Source: an uncultured Porphyromonadaceae bacterium (GTDB taxonomy: Bacteria > Bacteroidota > Bacteroidia > Bacteroidales > Muribaculaceae). From it: a DNA stretch of 64,000 nucleotides. The DNA lies in contig CABUIC010000009.1 in the NCBI GenBank assembly GCA_902491515.1, positions 486 through 64,485 of the forward strand. Direction: 5' to 3'. The notes beneath the pieces are model-generated. The model saw only the letters and a program-made list of their open reading frames with translations. It made no database searches and had not been told where the DNA came from. Position 1 is the stretch's first letter. Each line of letters begins with the position of its first letter. Both the position numbers and the translations under genes were made by a program. This document shows, in pieces, positions 60,412-64,000 of the stretch.

Positions 60412-60624
60412 TTTAATAGCTCATGGCAGAAAGGAGCTGTCGAAAATATCAACAAGTTAATAAGGCAATACATTCCTAAAAAATCTAACTTCAATGAATT
60501 TTCTGACCTTTATATCAAGAACGTGGCAAAGAAACTGAACCTCAGACCTCGTAAAAAACTCGGTTTTTCAAACCCAAAGACTGAGTTCTTCAAACAAATC
60601 GCTAATTTTGCACTTGCCAGTTGA
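60412..60624 (+). pseudogene. IS30-family transposase C-terminal fragment (about 68 aa) with no upstream catalytic region
   Basis: Translation ...SSWQKGAVENINKLIRQYIPKKSNFNEFSDLYIKNVAKKLNLRPRKKLGFSNPKTEFFKQ matches the conserved IS30 transposase C-terminus (SWQRG..EN.NGLLRQY.PK...LN.RPRK.LG..P.E.F). AT-rich (about 35% GC). Confidence 0.7.
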
Positions 60625-60680
60625 ACCTGCAGGGTACTTTTTTTGTCACAAAATCTTGCACTTTTCTCGATTTTATTTGT

Positions 60681-60688
60681 TAACTTTG
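60681..60688 (+). promoter_or_regulatory. -7 element TAACTTTG upstream of the GLUG-repeat protein gene
   Basis: TAnnTTTG match about 75 nt upstream of ATG 60762. Confidence 0.4.
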
Positions 60689-60761
60689 CGGTGTTTTTTT
60701 TACTTTTAGGCAATTAACCAACTTTTGTTTAACCTTCAAACCTTACTAATTACCATCCAAA

Positions 60762-62369
60762 ATGAAGAGAGGATTAATCCCAATCGCCTTGGGAATGCTC
60801 GCCGTGATGCCGGCCTATGCCGACGGCGATCAGGCGACGGTCACCTCGACGCCCTCGCCGATTGTATCGACCAAGGCTTTCGAAGTGAAAATCCAGACCT
60901 CCGATTTCGGACCAGACGTGTATTGCTACACCTGGGCAATCATCGGAGGCACTGAAAAAGAGGTCACTAACTGGGCCGGAAGCATCAACCCGAAGTTCAA
61001 AATGCAGGGCAGCGGCGGCACATACACCCTGAAAGTCGCTGACATCCAGGCCTTCTACAACCTTATGGACAGCGAACTCGAACAGCTCACGCGTCTTGGA
61101 TTCATCGCCCGTACCTCCGACGGCCGTCAGACAGCCAACTGCTTCGCCGAGGTGGTGCAGGGGCGCCGCAACGCCTATTCGGGCGGCGAAGGCACCCAGG
61201 AGTCGCCATTTATCCTCACCACCGCCGATGACCTCGCCGCGCTCGCAGCCACACCCGCCGACTGGGAGTCAGACGTATGGATGCGCCTCGACGCGGACAT
61301 CGCCCTCTCCTCATTCGCCGGAATCGGATCGAAAGGCAGCCCCTTCAAGGGCCACTTCGACGGCAACGGCCACGTCGTGAAGGGAGCCGTGATCTCAGGC
61401 GCCACGCTCGGCGGCGCCACAGGCTTCTTCAACGCCATCGACGGCGCCACAATCACCCGCCTCGGCCTCACCGGCGCCGAAGTCTCCGGCGTAACATTCA
61501 CCGGCGCGCTCGTCGGCTACGCCGCCTCCGGCTCGATAAGCCGCTGCTTCACAGCCGGAAAAGTTTCTGCCACGTCGATTTGCGTCGGCGGTCTGGTAGG
61601 CGAGAACCACGCCTCGATTTCCGACTGCTACTCGACCGCCACCGTCACCAACGTCACCGACTACGTGGCCGGGGGCCTCGTGGGCAAGAACAAAGGCACC
61701 GTGGCCAACTGCTATGCCTCGGGCAAAGTCGCGGCCTACAACTACGCCGGCGGACTCGTAGGCGCCAACTACGGCAACGTGGCGACCTCAACCAGCTTCA
61801 ACCCGCAGGTGAACATCAGCACCGGCAACTACGCCGGCCGCTTCGGCGGCAACGACAACCCTCGGAATTCCACCACGATGGTGCTGGGCTGGGCCGCCAT
61901 GAAATTGGACCTCACCGCCACGCACGGCCACAACGCCGACGGCCACTCGTATAGGTTCATCGACAAAGCCACCTACGCCGACGTGCTCGGTTGGGACTTC
62001 GACTCCGTCTGGGAGTGGAAAGTCGAAGGCCAGCACCAGTATCCCGTGCTGGCCGGCCTCGCCGGACAGACCGACCCTGGCCACAGCTCATTCTATGAAA
62101 CCGTGACCGGCATCGACATCATCGACACCGACAGCAACGCGCTCAGCGTCTTCCCCAATCCGGTGGGCGACATCCTGCATGTTGCCTCAGCCAAGGGAAT
62201 GACACGCATCGGTCTCTTCAATCTCAACGGTGTCACCGCCGGCATCGCCGAGCCCCGGGGAGCGGCCGACGCCGAAATCGACTGCTCAAGCCTCGAGAGC
62301 GGCATGTATCTGCTCGACGTCGCATTCTCCGACGGCTCGCACGCCGTCAAGAAAATCATCAAGAAATAA
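60762..62369 (+). CDS. Secreted GLUG-motif repeat protein with C-terminal T9SS sorting domain
   Basis: Signal peptide. Multiple G-L-x-G repeats (GGLVGEN, AGGLVGKN, AGGLVGAN). C-terminal FPNPVGDILHV...GMYLLDVAFSDGSHAVKKIIKK Por_Secre_tail-like. Confidence 0.6.
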   Translation: MKRGLIPIALGMLAVMPAYADGDQATVTSTPSPIVSTKAFEVKIQTSDFGPDVYCYTWAIIGGTEKEVTNWAGSINPKFKMQGSGGTYTLKVADIQAFYNLMDSELEQLTRLGFIARTSDGRQTANCFAEVVQGRRNAYSGGEGTQESPFILTTADDLAALAATPADWESDVWMRLDADIALSSFAGIGSKGSPFKGHFDGNGHVVKGAVISGATLGGATGFFNAIDGATITRLGLTGAEVSGVTFTGALVGYAASGSISRCFTAGKVSATSICVGGLVGENHASISDCYSTATVTNVTDYVAGGLVGKNKGTVANCYASGKVAAYNYAGGLVGANYGNVATSTSFNPQVNISTGNYAGRFGGNDNPRNSTTMVLGWAAMKLDLTATHGHNADGHSYRFIDKATYADVLGWDFDSVWEWKVEGQHQYPVLAGLAGQTDPGHSSFYETVTGIDIIDTDSNALSVFPNPVGDILHVASAKGMTRIGLFNLNGVTAGIAEPRGAADAEIDCSSLESGMYLLDVAFSDGSHAVKKIIKK

Positions 62370-62396
62370 CCGGTCTCCTTTTTAGAATCCACAGCA

Positions 62397-62880
62397 ATGA
62401 ATTTCCATAATATATCGCGCAGGCTCGGCGCTGCCCTGTCGGCTCTGCTGCTGGCAGGCACGCTGTCGGCCGCCGCAGCCGTCAATTCAGGCAACCCCGC
62501 CCTATCCGACCTCGAGATTAGGGCCAACGGCGTCAACCTCATCAACTTCGACCCGTCCACGACATCATATTCGATCGAGGTCGAGGATGTCTCGATGATC
62601 ACCCTCTCGGCCGCCCCTCAGGCCTCGGACGCCACCGTCGACATCACCGTCAACGGCCGGGCATACGACAACCACTCGCTCTCCTCGCTCGACGGCGGCG
62701 AGAACGTAATCGTCTACACCGTGAAGTCGGCCGGCTCCGAACGCGCCTACACCATCAACGTCAAGACACCCCTCGTGGTGCGCTCGGAGCATTTCAGCTG
62801 GAAGAACGCCACGATTTACTTCGTCATCACCGACCGCTTCTACAACGGCGACACCTCCAACGACAAGAGCTACCACCGCC
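62397..62880 (+). pseudogene. GH13 alpha-amylase N-terminal fragment (signal peptide, Ig/cadherin-like domain, start of catalytic domain), truncated by insertion of AT-rich foreign DNA
   Basis: ...FSWKNATIYFVITDRFYNGDTSNDKSYH is the canonical start of a GH13 catalytic domain. After about 62870 the reading frame runs into AT-rich sequence unrelated to amylase and ends at 63074. Confidence 0.6.
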
Positions 62881-62924
62881 AGCGCGGCGATAATTTTCGA
62901 CATCATATCAGTCAGTTAGGAATT

Positions 62925-62946
62925 GTTGGTCAACAGTTGGTCAACA
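62925..62946 (+). repeat. Tandem 11-bp direct repeat GTTGGTCAACA x2 at the insertion boundary
   Basis: Two perfect adjacent copies located about 45 bp inside the GC-to-AT transition. Confidence 0.6.
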
Positions 62947-63062
62947 AAATCGACGATTCGATGCTTGACTTGAAAATTCTCTCGCGGGCGGTGTCTAACT
63001 TGCAGTTATCCACGGCGTTATATGTTGTGGCTACATTCATATATTATCTGATGTTTGTTTTT

Positions 63063-63515
63063 TTACTTCTTTAATAGGTTAATTATCTCGTCCTTGTCGT
63101 GCAGGTTGGACTTCAACTGCTCGACATTATCTTTGAGACCGTTAATCTGGTCGCGCAAGTCCTTTTCAGTACCTTCCGCTTTTTCCAACTTTACTTTCAT
63201 CACTTCAAGTTGAGACAAGACTGCGGTCTCGCCGAGGCTATTGTTCGCATCTCCATCGCCCAACGCGACTGCCGAGAGGTAGGCGCTGATGTTGGTCGGG
63301 AACTGACAGAACAACGCGAAGAAATTGAAGTCAAGTGCTCGACTTATCTTCACCAGCTTCTTCGTCTCAATCGTCTCTCTTTCAAAGATTCGATTGACGT
63401 GCTGCTGAGGAACACCAATGAGACGACCAAACTCTGTCTTGGTCATCTTCAATGCGTCAAGGCGCTCTTTGATAGCCTTTCCGATGTGTACCTCTTTTAG
63501 TTCAATATTAAACAT
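63063..63515 (-). CDS. XRE-family helix-turn-helix transcriptional regulator with C-terminal coiled coil (mobile-element or phage repressor-like)
   Basis: HTH LKMTKTEFGRLIGVPQQHVNRIF, then a heptad-rich C-terminus. Low GC. Divergent from the small plus-strand ORFs downstream. Confidence 0.6.
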   Translation of the reverse strand: MFNIELKEVHIGKAIKERLDALKMTKTEFGRLIGVPQQHVNRIFERETIETKKLVKISRALDFNFFALFCQFPTNISAYLSAVALGDGDANNSLGETAVLSQLEVMKVKLEKAEGTEKDLRDQINGLKDNVEQLKSNLHDKDEIINLLKK

Positions 63516-63660
63516 TAAACAGTGAATAAATCTTAAAACGACAAACCATTTCTTGTTTAGATAAACATTAAATGGTTACTTTGCGTTCTCAAATTAAGCT
63601 AATATTCTGAGTGCAAAGTTAATCATTAATCATTAAACAAACAAATAAAACGGCACAAAA

Positions 63661-63852
63661 ATGACAAATACTGCTCAAAAAATCCGCCCGACTCTCTACG
63701 AGATGGCGGTTGGGGCAACGGTTCAGTTCCCCATAACTCGGCTAAAGAGTGTTCGCACACAGGCTTCTGAGCTTGGTATCATGTACGAACGCCAGTACAC
63801 GACCAGAACCGACCGCGAGGCTAAGATAATCGAGGTAACAAGAATTGCGTAA
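63661..63852 (+). CDS. Small hypothetical protein (63 aa) of the inserted element
   Basis: ORF in AT-rich foreign segment, divergent from the XRE regulator. No family recognised. Confidence 0.3.
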   Translation: MTNTAQKIRPTLYEMAVGATVQFPITRLKSVRTQASELGIMYERQYTTRTDREAKIIEVTRIA

Positions 63853-63863
63853 CCCTCTGGACT

Positions 63864-64000
63864 ATGGCATTTCTTCAATTCCTCGACCATCTCATCCCTT
63901 ACGACACCTTCCTCAACGATGTTGCGGCAAGGGTCGTAAAGATGTTGAAAACCGACAAGGACGACCCGGAATATGTTAGCCAAAGAAAGGCTTATGAGAT
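63864..64000 (+). CDS. Hypothetical protein, 5' partial at the window edge (MAFLQFLDHLIPYDTFLNDVAARVVKMLKTDKDDPEYVSQRKAYE...)
   Basis: ATG at 63864 and an open frame to the end of the window. Part of the foreign segment. Confidence 0.3.
   Translation, partial: MAFLQFLDHLIPYDTFLNDVAARVVKMLKTDKDDPEYVSQRKAYE

Noticed and set aside
60343-60624. 93-aa ORF from the track taken as an intact gene.
   Set aside because: Its N-terminal third is read through tRNA-Phe and its terminator. Only the C-terminal portion is meaningful, as an IS30 transposase fragment, so it is called a pseudogene.
63723-63983. 86-aa minus-strand ORF at the right edge.
   Set aside because: It overlaps two co-oriented plus-strand ORFs of the inserted element and is antisense to them. 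No motif support.

Overview
This window is a 64-kb chromosomal segment from a high-GC (about 60%) Bacteroidota genome, most likely Bacteroidales. The host assignment rests on three things seen in the sequence: TAnnTTTG -7 promoter motifs upstream of many genes, five proteins carrying a C-terminal type IX secretion (T9SS) sorting domain, and a Bacteroidota-type serine palmitoyltransferase.

Most of the window is housekeeping genes. In order, they are:
- queA, an orphan Wza/Wzc polysaccharide-export pair, recR, a CapA-family protein, folD, ffh and panDC
- an iron-type alcohol dehydrogenase, pyruvate kinase, a CCA-adding enzyme and pyruvate:ferredoxin oxidoreductase
- an aquaporin, cydAB, a CDF transporter and a rubredoxin-Hcp-cupin cluster
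- tRNA-Arg, sbcCD, a Kbl/Spt-family acyltransferase, glyQS, lemA, an FKBP isomerase and an EamA transporter

Interspersed among these is a dispersed set of alpha-glucan (starch) enzymes that do not form a classical SusC/SusD locus:
- a CBM26-like starch-binding protein
- a GH31 alpha-glucosidase with SusE/F-like N-terminal domains
- a GH13 type I pullulanase
- a GH57 enzyme
- a truncated GH13 alpha-amylase

Four of the T9SS C-terminal domains in the window sit on starch proteins. The other two are on a CotH-family kinase-like protein and a GLUG-repeat protein.

Three accessory regions stand out. The first is a low-GC (about 40%) Type III restriction-modification cassette (mod-res). It lies between pyruvate:ferredoxin oxidoreductase and the aquaporin and is bracketed by imperfect direct repeats of about 145 bp built from double-hairpin REP-like units. 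The second is a tRNA-Phe followed immediately by the C-terminal fragment of an IS30-family transposase. The third, at the right edge, is an AT-rich foreign segment with a divergent XRE regulator and small ORFs, which has truncated the GH13 alpha-amylase gene.

A hairpin family with a GGACG...CGTCC stem recurs in several intergenic regions. No CRISPR array and no rRNA were seen. The many long antisense ORFs in the track are GC-driven shadows and were not called. I saw no convincing evidence for an entirely novel system; the RM cassette with its repeat boundaries and the right-edge insertion are the most interesting regions.
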